A stretch of 64,000 bases of DNA, taken from positions 20,745 through 84,744 of IMG/VR virus record IMGVR_UViG_3300017991_000090. The stretch is one strand, 5' to 3'. This document shows positions 1 through 9,454 of this stretch, one piece after another. The translations under genes and the position numbers were made by a program. The notes under the pieces were generated by a model. That model saw nothing but the letters and a program-made list of their open reading frames with translations, searched no databases and was not told the DNA's origin. How positions within the stretch are numbered: position 1 is the stretch's first letter; the number at the start of each line of letters is the position of its first letter. Origin of the DNA: a virus.

Positions 1-282
1 TCCATCGGTTACCCTCCGTGATTTAATAATTCGATTAATTGATTGTTGAGACAGGCCAATGCGTTTAGATATATCATGCACTGTCATGCCCTGGTCATAC
101 AGTTTAATCGCAGAATTATTACGTTCAGGTATCCTCTCAAGCCTTGATGGTACTCCTAACTTTTTTCTTTGTTGCTGTACACTTTGTCGGGTTACACCGA
201 GGTGCCTTGCTATTGCGGCGTCTGACCCATAATTATCCATCATATATTCCATTTGCTGTCTTGTAAATCTTTTGTTTGCCAA
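1..282 (-). CDS. Tandem helix-turn-helix DNA-binding protein (3' end runs off window)
   Basis: Not in ORF track; read manually. TTG start at 282 after GGAGG. MANKRFTRQQMEYMMDNYGSDAAIARHLGVTRQSV... and ...GMTVHDISKRIGLSQQSINRII are two HTH-like motifs. Confidence 0.7.
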   Translation of the reverse strand, partial: MANKRFTRQQMEYMMDNYGSDAAIARHLGVTRQSVQQQRKKLGVPSRLERIPERNNSAIKLYDQGMTVHDISKRIGLSQQSINRIIKSRRVTDG

Positions 283-340
283 GGAACCTCCTTTAAAAAG
301 GTGGAAGGAGGGGCTTGCGCCCCATCCCCCCTTAATATTA

Positions 341-973
341 CTACGTCCTCTTATGCAAATAATGATGCTTCAAGCCATCATGAATTACCTTCAGACGTTT
401 ATACTGCATTCCACCGCTTGCCTGTGCTCGTAAATATTTCGCAACATTACGCCGCTCGGGGGAGTCAGCATGTTGCTCAATAATATTTACACAGGTATTT
501 GCAGCGATATTTTCATGCCGCTGCTGGGCAATCCGCGGATACAACCATCGAACTGCTCGATTGGGTGTCATGTGCTTTTCAAGGACATATCCCAGCCCGG
601 ATGCTCCATATACCGCTTCACCAGGCTTACCCTCCTTGGATGCAAAGTTCTTATTTAGCCAGGTCTTTGTATTTGTAATCACAGACGGGCTAAACTCATA
701 CTCGCCTGACCTGTCTCTGATAAGCTTCTTTAAAAGGCGATCTGCCTCTTTAGCGTTTGGAGCCATATACACCGTCAACATGTCATCAAGAGTCATGGTT
801 AGGCGTACAGGTTTTTTCCATAAGAATATAATATTCCTTGCGTCTTTGCGCACAATACCATCGTGTAGCAATCGAGAACTGATTTCCGGGTTTGCCTCAA
901 TTCTACGGTGGATTTCAAACCTCAATTCCTTTGGGAATTTAGGCCTTACAGGTGAAACTTTAGGTTTTGCCAT
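341..973 (-). CDS. Hypothetical protein
   Basis: 210 aa ORF with GGAG RBS, co-oriented with neighbours. Confidence 0.7.
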   Translation of the reverse strand: MAKPKVSPVRPKFPKELRFEIHRRIEANPEISSRLLHDGIVRKDARNIIFLWKKPVRLTMTLDDMLTVYMAPNAKEADRLLKKLIRDRSGEYEFSPSVITNTKTWLNKNFASKEGKPGEAVYGASGLGYVLEKHMTPNRAVRWLYPRIAQQRHENIAANTCVNIIEQHADSPERRNVAKYLRAQASGGMQYKRLKVIHDGLKHHYLHKRT

Positions 974-988
974 TAGATTTTAAATCTC

Positions 989-1555
989 CTATCCGACAGC
1001 TTCGGCACTCATTACCATGTCGAGCTGACTGGCTATTGAATCAAGCGTGTTCAATTGATTAATACAGGCTTTGAATAGCTCCATTGTTTCACCGTACTGC
1101 TTATTCAGCCTGTTGTTTATTTCCTGCAACATCATATCTGATGCGCTGTTACTGTGACTTTCGGCACCGGATTTTTCGGCAACCATGTCAGCAATTTTCT
1201 GAAGGTGCTTGTCAGTTAATATTTCAGTGAAATTTTCTTTCGTTGTTGGGCTCTTTTTCGGGCTTTGCTTGGCCGCTTTTCTTTGCTTCCTGATTTTCGC
1301 ATGCGTTTCATTAAGAATAGTCTCGGCAAGCTTTAAATTTAATGCAAGGCCGTTCCAATGATACGGCTTCCCGTGACCCTTTCTTGAAACCGCGCCGTGC
1401 TTACGCAGAATCGGTCCCATAGTTACGTTGCGCAGAGTCTTCTCGCACATTTTAGAGAAATCCCTTATATTGCCCTTGTCAACTTTTGCCTTTACTCTTT
1501 TCAGGCGTTGCAGGACGATTTTAGGGGTTAATGTTTTTGTTGAGTGGTTGGCCAT
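989..1555 (-). CDS. Hypothetical basic protein
   Basis: 188 aa ORF with AGGAGG RBS. Confidence 0.7.
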   Translation of the reverse strand: MANHSTKTLTPKIVLQRLKRVKAKVDKGNIRDFSKMCEKTLRNVTMGPILRKHGAVSRKGHGKPYHWNGLALNLKLAETILNETHAKIRKQRKAAKQSPKKSPTTKENFTEILTDKHLQKIADMVAEKSGAESHSNSASDMMLQEINNRLNKQYGETMELFKACINQLNTLDSIASQLDMVMSAEAVG

Positions 1556-1630
1556 AATCGGCCTCCTTTCTTAAAAGAAAAAAGGGCCGCATTGCTGCAG
1601 CCCTCCGTGAATAGTAATTTGATAGAAAAT

Positions 1631-3409
1631 TTATATTTTAAAACTATCTGGTTTCTTCAATATCCTTGACCATTGAGATAGCGTCAGTGATAAATCGACC
1701 TTCTTATCAATTGCTTTGAGTATAATCTCGTCAATAGTTTTTCTGACAGCCAACTCAATAGTGGTAACACTACTGGTTTGGCCCTTTCTGTGTTGTCTTC
1801 CCTCGGCCTGGTCTTTATCTACATAGGAGTACGAGTTGTTAAAGAATACAGCGTAATTGCTAAATTGTATATTGTGACCATGCCCCATTTTCCCAGGGTT
1901 ACCAATCATCCAGTTATACTGGTCTTCTTTAAATCTTTGAATTTGTTCGAAGGCGTTATCTTTCTCATAACACGTTAAAACCCGTTCATGGCCGAACGCC
2001 TCGCCAACTTTCTTTTTTATGAGTGATATTGCCGGAACATAAGTGCTCCAAACAATAACTTTTCTGTCGATGGGTATATTGTTTAATGTTTGTATTAACA
2101 ATCTCAGCTTTGGATTTTCATTCAGATAGATGACATTTCTGTGTGTCTTGGTCTTTCCGTCATCGTCAACAAACTTACGAGTGTTGATATAAAACCCTGA
2201 AGCTATTTGTCTTAATTTCTCAGTGAGAACCAGTGCGTTATTTGCTGTAATAGTGCCTGAACAGCTCATATTACATTTACCCTTCATGTCACAATGGTCG
2301 CACATATTATCAATCATTGTGACAAGGTCTGATTTCATTTCGGTGTACATCTTTTTCTGACCTGGTTCCATATCACATGTATGCGTTTCACGTATTAATG
2401 GAGGAAGGTCAAGGCACTCTTCTTTTCTGAATCGCACTGATATGCTGCCTATTATTTTGCTTACCTTCTCTACAGAGCCGTGGTTCGGCTTCCATATATG
2501 ACCATCTGGGTCAACGGTATGCATAAATTCTTTCCGGAATGACCAGTACTTCGCAAACGGCACAGTGTCAGGGCCAAGGAATCGATACGGCATATAAAAT
2601 GACATCAGATTATTAGCCGTCAGAGTTCCTGTAAGTACGTGCTTGTATTTACAGAACTCAAACTTTTTAACAATCTCTTTCGTCTGCCTTGAGCTGGGGC
2701 TTCCTATCCTATGCGCCTCATCAAGAACAACCATATCAAAATAGTCGTCAGGAGTCACAGACAGGACGCTGAACATCTGCTCGTAGTTTCCTATGTATAT
2801 ATCGTAATCAATGTTTTTCTTTTGAATGGTGTACTTTTTATTGATTACCTTATCAGCCTGTGCTTTTCCTTTTAGAATCACCCCGGTTAAATGAGGAACC
2901 TGCAACTTCATCTCTGCAAGCACGTTTGGTTTTAAATCTGACATTGTAATAATCAACGCTTTTTTTACTTGTCCGCGCTTTATTCTATTGTCAATAGCCC
3001 ACAGGTATGGGCCTGTCTTACATGTGCCACAGTCAGCTATAACAGCGCTGACATCTGGGTATGCTATACAGTTGTACATTATCTTTTGATGCTCAAGTGG
3101 GTCATAGACGCCTTTGCAATCATATTCAAATTTAATCACTTGACCGTATTGGCTTTTAATCTTTCTTATAATTTCGCGCCGTTTAATCGTGTTGGCTACT
3201 ACTTGGTCAATGAGCTGTTTAACGCCTTTGCCCCATTCGATACCATAGTTTTGAAATCTGTATATCTTGGTACCGGATCTGAGCGGAATAGATATTTTGT
3301 TGACACGAAATATCTTTTTTCCGCTCATATGTTCTTTCATTGTTTCGAGAAGCGCCCTGTCATCACATCCGATGACAAGGTTATTCTTGTCAAGAACTTC
3401 GACAACCAC
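1631..3409 (-). CDS. SNF2-family (SF2) helicase/ATPase
   Basis: DCGTCKT (motif I variant), LDEAH (II), LTGT (III), ENPKL, GHGHNIQ and QAEGRQHRKGQ (VI). Confidence 0.9.
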   Translation of the reverse strand: MVVEVLDKNNLVIGCDDRALLETMKEHMSGKKIFRVNKISIPLRSGTKIYRFQNYGIEWGKGVKQLIDQVVANTIKRREIIRKIKSQYGQVIKFEYDCKGVYDPLEHQKIMYNCIAYPDVSAVIADCGTCKTGPYLWAIDNRIKRGQVKKALIITMSDLKPNVLAEMKLQVPHLTGVILKGKAQADKVINKKYTIQKKNIDYDIYIGNYEQMFSVLSVTPDDYFDMVVLDEAHRIGSPSSRQTKEIVKKFEFCKYKHVLTGTLTANNLMSFYMPYRFLGPDTVPFAKYWSFRKEFMHTVDPDGHIWKPNHGSVEKVSKIIGSISVRFRKEECLDLPPLIRETHTCDMEPGQKKMYTEMKSDLVTMIDNMCDHCDMKGKCNMSCSGTITANNALVLTEKLRQIASGFYINTRKFVDDDGKTKTHRNVIYLNENPKLRLLIQTLNNIPIDRKVIVWSTYVPAISLIKKKVGEAFGHERVLTCYEKDNAFEQIQRFKEDQYNWMIGNPGKMGHGHNIQFSNYAVFFNNSYSYVDKDQAEGRQHRKGQTSSVTTIELAVRKTIDEIILKAIDKKVDLSLTLSQWSRILKKPDSFKI

Positions 3410-3417
3410 AGTCCCTC

Positions 3418-3897
3418 CTATACCCAGTTAAAGAATCCGGTCTTTATGACATTGTTCTGTACAATGCCGACAAATTGAAGGGTTTTGTCACCACTCCAAC
3501 TTTTAATATCCACAGTGAACCTGAACTCTGTGCCGCCATTTGCAGCAGGCTCTTCTTTATATTCGTTCTTTTTACGAGCATTCGCAAGCAGAGTAATGAT
3601 AAATGATTTTAGATTTGAAGAAAAAAGTAATGAGTCATATCGAGACTCAGGTTTACATATATCATTATATATAACAGAGTTTTTCAAAGCAAGCTTTTCA
3701 AAACGTTCTGATATCTGCTTGAAGGCGTGTGCCGAGACTTCAACACCATACCCGCCGTCGCCATCAGGGCTGCCAAGCTCAGTCTTAAGCTCTTCCAACA
3801 ATCTTATCTTATTGTGAAGCTCCCTTTCCAATGACCCGAGACCACTAAGGGTTTCGGCGTATCGTATATATATTTCAGTTAGGTCATTCTCAGCCAT
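3418..3897 (-). CDS. Hypothetical protein
   Basis: 159 aa ORF with AAGGAGG RBS, tightly packed. Confidence 0.7.
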   Translation of the reverse strand: MAENDLTEIYIRYAETLSGLGSLERELHNKIRLLEELKTELGSPDGDGGYGVEVSAHAFKQISERFEKLALKNSVIYNDICKPESRYDSLLFSSNLKSFIITLLANARKKNEYKEEPAANGGTEFRFTVDIKSWSGDKTLQFVGIVQNNVIKTGFFNWV

Positions 3898-4603
3898 CTG
3901 TTACCTCCTTAAAGACTATCATTCCGTATTTACAACTATCTAATGGCAGAGTACATGCGTAGGTGTAATTATTGATATTCTTCTTATAAATTGCAAGATG
4001 TTTAATAAACTGTTCTACAGACTTCGTTCTCATATAATGGCGGCGTTTTTCAAGAAAGTAAAGCCTTTTTCTGCGACCAACAAAACTCTGGTCAACGATT
4101 GAAGCAAATAAATATCCGCTCGATAATATCGTCGGCGTGCTTCTTAAAAAAGATATTTTTAGATTTATAATTTTATGATTAACGTATTTATTCAGATAGT
4201 GGTGTGGCAGCACCAGATTGTTACCCTCTGTAAAATATGGGGTAAATTCATTTTCTAATTTTGTACTGCGTTTGCCAAGGCTGAACTTTACGGGTTTTAT
4301 TCTGAACAGCTCATCCGGTTCAGGGTTTAATCGCTCAGTATAGTACCACGCCTTCTTTCCGGCGTGCGGTGTCAATTGTTTTGGTGTCCTTATCAATACC
4401 TTACCGGCGTCGAACTGGACTTTCTTATAATATTTTCCTAACGTTAATTCGTCTCCTCCGGGTGGTTTGGCTATTAGGTTTGTACCACCCGTATCATCAA
4501 CAAGAAAGAAATGTACATACTCAATATTTCCTTCTACGATACGTTGATAAATCTCATCATCATCGATGACAATATTTTTCTTTTGGATAGTAAAAACATT
4601 CAT
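3890..4603 (-). CDS. Hypothetical protein
   Basis: 237 aa ORF overlapping the next start by 8 nt. Confidence 0.65.
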   Translation of the reverse strand: MNVFTIQKKNIVIDDDEIYQRIVEGNIEYVHFFLVDDTGGTNLIAKPPGGDELTLGKYYKKVQFDAGKVLIRTPKQLTPHAGKKAWYYTERLNPEPDELFRIKPVKFSLGKRSTKLENEFTPYFTEGNNLVLPHHYLNKYVNHKIINLKISFLRSTPTILSSGYLFASIVDQSFVGRRKRLYFLEKRRHYMRTKSVEQFIKHLAIYKKNINNYTYACTLPLDSCKYGMIVFKEVTDG

Positions 4604-4636
4604 AGCACCCCTTTAAAAAAGAGAATGGTGAAAACA

Positions 4637-4774
4637 TTATTTACGACGCTTCCACCATTCGGCTATTTGGTGTATCCTTTTGTTAGTTTCATCAATTATT
4701 ATAGTTTTAATGCTTCGTATAATTGATGCTGTTGCTGATCCAGTAATGATAACGATAACAATGGCCTTACGCAT
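4637..4774 (-). CDS. Small 45 aa protein with hydrophobic N-terminus
   Basis: Below ORF-track cutoff. GGGAGGT RBS then MRKAIVIVIITGSATASIIRSIKTIIIDETNKRIHQIAEWWKRRK*. Confidence 0.5.
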   Translation of the reverse strand: MRKAIVIVIITGSATASIIRSIKTIIIDETNKRIHQIAEWWKRRK

Positions 4775-4823
4775 ATACCTCCCTTTTTAAGTGAAACACC
4801 TCGGGGAGTGTTCACTTAAAAGG

Positions 4824-6902
4824 TTATGCGTTCAGGTAATTACCATTCTTCGCTTCTTTCTCAGTAAAAGCATCAAACTGTGATTTTGTCTTTTTCTTCG
4901 ATATAGAGTCAAGCTCATCTTCATTAAACTCAAGCTTCTTTTTCTCAATCAGAGCTTTCATGGATGCGTCTGTTAAGCTGAAGAAGTTAATAAAATCCTC
5001 AACTTTGAGACCCTTCTTTAAAAGGAATTGCATTGATTTAAGAGGGAAATACTCTCTGTGCTCCTTGATATAATAATCAAGCTTTGCATGCACATCAATG
5101 TGAACCGGGTCGGCACACCCGTTAATGAAAACCTTGCATTGGTTTGTGAGCCTTTTATTTTCAGCCTTATTAGCCTCAACACGTTTCCATGCCATCTGAC
5201 AATCCTCTATATCAGTAACCACGAACCGTTCAGGGTCATCGATATTGTTAATAAATCTCTTGTCAAACAACGGGCATCTACCCTCATCACCGAGAAAACA
5301 GGTGTGGCAGAATTCGTTACGTTCAGGCTCAAAAGCATTACCACCGGTTTTAAGCATTTCTGATTCAATCAACCTAATTGAGTCGTGGATCCACTGAAGC
5401 GCCTCATCGACAATCGATTTTATATCAGTGACCTCATACTCAACTGTTTTACCGAACCTCAGAAACTCTATCCTGACAATAATACGATTATAGCTTTCTC
5501 TCGGCATGAAGTAAAATATCAACAGGATATATATCTTCATCTGTATATCTTCTCTCAACTGCTGAACTGTCATCAGCTTTCTGGATGTTTTGTAATCAGT
5601 GATAACAATACAATCCTTCATGTACCCAATAACATCAAGCACGCCTCTAAAGAAGGCTTTATTGGAAAAGAAATCTGCCAGCAACTTCCAGTCTTTATCA
5701 AAGGCAAGGCGCTTTTCGGTAAGTATTATATCACCAGGAACCAGCGAAAAATCTTTGGTCTGATAAAATTTATCCATAATAAAGCGAACGTCTTTAATAA
5801 TCGCAGGGTCGCTACATCTTACGCTGGTTATTGCAGCATTGATAATTTCGTTGTACGATTCCATATCAGGAATTGACGGGTTTTCATAACTGTCGGCAGG
5901 CACAACCTTGTCAAGCTCATATATCAATGCAGCAAGACCTTCCAGCCCATTGAAATACTCTTTTATCCTGTTGGGGTGCCGGTAAAAGAACCTGCCAACA
6001 TGTTTAAAAGTTATTGACTCAAGCTCCACTTTTAAATCTTTAGAAGCCTCTCCCCTGAGTTCGGGAAACACCTCCAACTTTTTGATGCGACCATAGGCCG
6101 CCATTTTATTAGCAATCAGTTCCCGATAACACCACTGCCCTGACCACTCAGCCACCTTATGACATATCTTTCCAGTAGTCAGATAGTCAACATCGGGCTG
6201 CTTGGCTTTTTTGATATACTGCATATACCATTTGAACCTGCACTGGTGAAATAGGTTTATTCTTGAAAAGGAATATGCCTGGGTGGCAAATACCTGCTTG
6301 TCTCCATCTGTTGGTATAACTCCAATTTGATGGGCGGCTGTTTTAACTTTATCATCAGGCCTCTGTGCAAACAATGGTGCAGTAGCCTTACGCTCAGCCT
6401 CTTCTTCATCCATTTCTTTTAATTTGACAAAAAGCTCAATACACTTCATGACGTCGTATTCCGACCTGTGGGCCTGTTTATCGTCCCACTCTATCCCGAG
6501 CCTTTGGCAAGCTGTCTTGAGCTTATTCCCACCACGCCAGCGCTTCCTGCACATCAATAAAGTGTCTGCGGTGGCTTTGGTGTTAATGCGAAGAAATTTA
6601 ATATCAAAGCCATCAATATTGTGGCCGACAACAGTTCTTCTTCCGAAGAACGCTGCTATTTTTTCACGAATTCCATCTTTAAGAAAGTATGGGCAATTCT
6701 TGACCATGTCCCAGGTGATATTATTAATCTTTGTCACCTCCGGCGGTACCATGCCGAGCATTGGCTTGCAGAGCTGGGTGATTACTTCCCCAATCTCTCC
6801 TTTGAGATTAAACTCAATAGCCGTCACCTCAATGACTTCATCGTTCTGATGATTCAGTCCTGTGGTCTCTACATCAACGCAAACGTAATCGTATTTTGCC
6901 AT
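4824..6902 (-). CDS. DnaQ-like DEDDh 3'-5' exonuclease fused to PD-(D/E)XK (AddB/Cas4-like) nuclease
   Basis: N-terminal DVETTG, GHNIDGFD and AHRSEYD. C-terminal YSFSRI..QC, RGVLD, TDYKTS and CHTC...C (Fe-S-type Cys pattern). Confidence 0.85.
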   Translation of the reverse strand: MAKYDYVCVDVETTGLNHQNDEVIEVTAIEFNLKGEIGEVITQLCKPMLGMVPPEVTKINNITWDMVKNCPYFLKDGIREKIAAFFGRRTVVGHNIDGFDIKFLRINTKATADTLLMCRKRWRGGNKLKTACQRLGIEWDDKQAHRSEYDVMKCIELFVKLKEMDEEEAERKATAPLFAQRPDDKVKTAAHQIGVIPTDGDKQVFATQAYSFSRINLFHQCRFKWYMQYIKKAKQPDVDYLTTGKICHKVAEWSGQWCYRELIANKMAAYGRIKKLEVFPELRGEASKDLKVELESITFKHVGRFFYRHPNRIKEYFNGLEGLAALIYELDKVVPADSYENPSIPDMESYNEIINAAITSVRCSDPAIIKDVRFIMDKFYQTKDFSLVPGDIILTEKRLAFDKDWKLLADFFSNKAFFRGVLDVIGYMKDCIVITDYKTSRKLMTVQQLREDIQMKIYILLIFYFMPRESYNRIIVRIEFLRFGKTVEYEVTDIKSIVDEALQWIHDSIRLIESEMLKTGGNAFEPERNEFCHTCFLGDEGRCPLFDKRFINNIDDPERFVVTDIEDCQMAWKRVEANKAENKRLTNQCKVFINGCADPVHIDVHAKLDYYIKEHREYFPLKSMQFLLKKGLKVEDFINFFSLTDASMKALIEKKKLEFNEDELDSISKKKTKSQFDAFTEKEAKNGNYLNA

Positions 6903-7370
6903 TTACTTTTTTGGTTCTCCTTCTACTTTGTCTTCAGGCATTTTGTCAATAGTGCTCTGTACTCTTTCAATTAGGTTTGTATAAAACTTGGCATCATCAA
7001 CACTTTTGACACCTTTTAATAATTTATAAATTCCGGAGAGTAAAACCACCATCTCCACTTTGTTAAATTCTACTTTTACTTCAGTGACTTCCTTTCGTAT
7101 TGCGATGCCGAAACTTTTTTCGACAGCGTCTTCCACATCGATTGCACGCTTACGATACATCGCCCTTTCTTCGCTCACCCTCTCGAGCATGATAAATAAT
7201 TGTGCTATAGCGCATGTTTTCTGGCCAATCTTTTCATTCAATTTATAATTTGCCTGGTTCAGCGTTTCTATATCACGATTTGCCTCTTTAAGCTTTTCGC
7301 GGGGCACATATAATGCTATTGCTGTTGCCACCCATCCTGTTATTGCTGCAATTATTAAAAAAGTGACCAT
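6903..7370 (-). CDS. Membrane-anchored coiled-coil protein
   Basis: Start moved to ATG 7370 (GGAGGT RBS); N-terminal hydrophobic segment followed by heptads. Confidence 0.65.
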   Translation of the reverse strand: MVTFLIIAAITGWVATAIALYVPREKLKEANRDIETLNQANYKLNEKIGQKTCAIAQLFIMLERVSEERAMYRKRAIDVEDAVEKSFGIAIRKEVTEVKVEFNKVEMVVLLSGIYKLLKGVKSVDDAKFYTNLIERVQSTIDKMPEDKVEGEPKK

Positions 7371-7371
7371 T

Positions 7372-7587
7372 CTACCTCCATCCGTGTACCTGGTCAAAGA
7401 GTTTAAATATGTCGGTAATTCGGTCAGGACTCAACCCATTGATATAATATTTAATATGCTGCCTTATCTTCACCCATTCAGGGTCCACAAATATTTTATC
7501 GGGCATTCCAATACCTTTAAGCGTCTCTATTAATTTATCGTAACGTGCCACCCATGGGTCTTCTATTTTCGGAATCTCTTTTACCAA
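7372..7587 (-). CDS. Hypothetical protein
   Basis: 71 aa, TTG start with AAGGAGG RBS. Confidence 0.6.
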   Translation of the reverse strand: MVKEIPKIEDPWVARYDKLIETLKGIGMPDKIFVDPEWVKIRQHIKYYINGLSPDRITDIFKLFDQVHGWR

Positions 7588-7601
7588 AATCCCTCCTTTG
7601 A

Positions 7602-7809
7602 TGGTATATAACTAATTTGACAATGACAATTTAAACCGTTGTTGCATAGGCCCGCTGGCACCTATCCGCTCGGATAGCGGATGGCACATCCCGCTAATAG
7701 AGCGGAATGGTGCGAGGAGGGCCGAGCAACTGAGGTTTGAAATTGAGAATCAAGTTAATTAATAAATTACAATGGCGAAACACCATCCTAATAAAAGTCT
7801 TATATACCA
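7602..7809 (-). ncRNA. Retron-like msr-msd RNA, unit 1
   Basis: 10-bp terminal IR tggtatataa (7602-7611) / ttatatacca (7800-7809). Unpaired G at 7799 on minus strand. Stem AUGGUG-UUU-CGCCAU at 7772-7786. Branched long hairpin at 7627-7745. Confidence 0.7.
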
Positions 7810-7860
7810 AAATAAATCTCCCATATCAGTGATTACAGTTTTTTATCTTAAATAACTTGA

Positions 7861-8070
7861 TTATATCGGCTCTTTGGAGCCGTTTTTAACTATTTGCGCA
7901 TCTTTAAAATGCATAGCCATAACGCAACCGTCTGCGTTGGTTGGCTCGCCAAGCCACTCAGTATCGTTTTCAAGCATTTGCTTGAGGTCAACGTTTTTAT
8001 TGACTTTTACAATCATACTGAAGGTGGCTTCTAATGTGACTCTCCGCGTTCCGTCTTTGCTCGTTCCCAT
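7861..8070 (-). CDS. Hypothetical protein
   Basis: 69 aa with AAGGAG RBS. Confidence 0.6.
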   Translation of the reverse strand: MGTSKDGTRRVTLEATFSMIVKVNKNVDLKQMLENDTEWLGEPTNADGCVMAMHFKDAQIVKNGSKEPI

Positions 8071-8564
8071 CGCAACTCCTTATCATGGTGTGGGCCGGGA
8101 GACCCGATTAATGCAATCTTACGAACCATATGGACCGGTTTTATAGCAATGTCCAGTTTAAGGTTTTTGCGCATCGTGAGCATAACGTTGACACCCATCG
8201 CCTCCGGTATCTTATGGTAGATTAAATCCTTATTTCCAATAAAACTTTTACACTTAACGTCAAGTTGGCTCCTGACACCATTCTGCCAGTATAACACGCA
8301 CCTGCATTGACGCTCTGACCACTCTGGGTGCTTCTTTTTCATTTTGTCGGCGAATTCGCCAATATTAAATTCAACAATAGCAAACCAGTGTGGCTTGGTT
8401 AAATCATAATATTCACCCACTTTTGGAAAGCAGCATTTATTAGGATAATTAGGGCACCCCTTCGGGTGTCCTGGGTATGGAAGCTCACACCAGGCTTTCA
8501 GTCCACCGACTCGTGTTGCTGCGCGATAATTGATTATAAGTTTATTTGTTACTTCTACTATCAT
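8031..8564 (-). CDS. Cys-rich predicted metal-binding protein (DUF2284-like)
   Basis: WCELPY..GCPNY..CC and PEAMGVNV..TM resemble DUF2284 motifs. Confidence 0.6.
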   Translation of the reverse strand: MIVEVTNKLIINYRAATRVGGLKAWCELPYPGHPKGCPNYPNKCCFPKVGEYYDLTKPHWFAIVEFNIGEFADKMKKKHPEWSERQCRCVLYWQNGVRSQLDVKCKSFIGNKDLIYHKIPEAMGVNVMLTMRKNLKLDIAIKPVHMVRKIALIGSPGPHHDKELRWERAKTERGESH

Positions 8565-8579
8565 TTAATCTCCGTATTT

Positions 8580-8610
8580 AAAAAAAAGAGGCGTTTTACC
8601 GCCCCCTTTT
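8580..8610 (-). terminator. Intrinsic terminator closing the four-unit ncRNA array
   Basis: Minus strand GGGGCG-gtaaaa-CGCCTC followed by a U run. Confidence 0.65.
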
Positions 8611-8847
8611 TGTGCGACTAAATCGATAAGTTCGCAAGCACGTTGACGGCGTGTAGGGGTGGAATGGTCCTGCAGCATTCTTTCCTCGTCTTTTCCGAAA
8701 CTCTTCTGAAAAAGCCCTTTTTCTGAAGAGTAGAGGAAGAGTAAAGAATGCGTAACGGACCTGGAACCCCGGGCGCCGTAACACGTCTTGCGCTTAACAC
8801 CAAATTAATGGCTGTGACGAAACATCACAATTAAGCGACTCGCACAA
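8610..8847 (-). ncRNA. Retron-like msr-msd RNA, unit 2
   Basis: IR ttgtgcga (8610-8617) / tcgcacaa (8840-8847). G at 8839. Stem UGUGAUG-UUU-CGUCACA at 8813-8829 inside cgcttaa/ttaagcg. About 160-nt imperfect hairpin at 8633-8792. Confidence 0.75.
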
Positions 8848-9079
8848 CATAACTTAAGATAGATTAACCGGTGGTGGCCACGAGCCATGGGCCCTGGATA
8901 ACACCTCCGATTGTTCCGGAAAAACGCAGTGACTCCGGAACCCTCGGAGGAGTTCTCCCGGGCCCATGGCGTGGGCCACCACCCGACGGGCAGCAAGATT
9001 CTTGCTGCCCGGAAGGGGCCGGGCATAGCGTTTTTTCCGTCTAACACCCTACCGAAACAGTAGGTTTAGAACTTATGTT
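8846..9079 (-). ncRNA. Retron-like msr-msd RNA, unit 3
   Basis: IR aacataa (8846-8852) / ttatgtt (9073-9079). G at 9072. Stem CCUACUG-UUU-CGGUAGG at 9048-9064. Hairpins at 8870-8983 and 8987-9011. Confidence 0.75.
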
Positions 9080-9080
9080 A

Positions 9081-9440
9081 ATACAACTAAAGATTGAAAT
9101 ATCCTTCTATTACTGAAACATCGACGTGATCTCAGGTTACCGGTCTGGCTATGGCCAACGCCATTGCCAGTCCGGTCACCTGTGTGATCTCGTCGCTGTT
9201 TCATAATCGAAGGAACAAGCGAAGGCCCGGAAACTCTCCTGATGAGCTCTGGGTTCGAGATGAGCCAAGTCATCAGGACCCAGCTTCCAGGTGCAGCGGG
9301 TCAACCGGCGAACCTGGACGCTTGGGTCCTGATGATATGGAATCATCTCGAACCCAGAGCTCATCACTCCCAGTTTCCGGTGCCGCAGCGCCTTACCTTT
9401 GCTTAGTATTGCCGGTGAAACACCAGCCTTTCTCTTGTAT
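9081..9440 (-). ncRNA. Retron-like msr-msd RNA, unit 4
   Basis: IR atacaa (9081-9086) / ttgtat (9435-9440). G at 9434. Stem GCUGGUG-UUU-CACCGGC at 9411-9427. Hairpins at 9102-9214 and 9227-9380, the latter with a perfect 24-bp stem (9240-9263 / 9343-9366). Confidence 0.75.
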
Positions 9441-9454
9441 AAAATGTATAAATT

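Noticed and set aside
4783-4823. Hairpin containing gaaac downstream of the nuclease gene
   Set aside because: gaaac lies in the stem rather than the loop and there are no enclosing arms; likely a terminator or processing stem.
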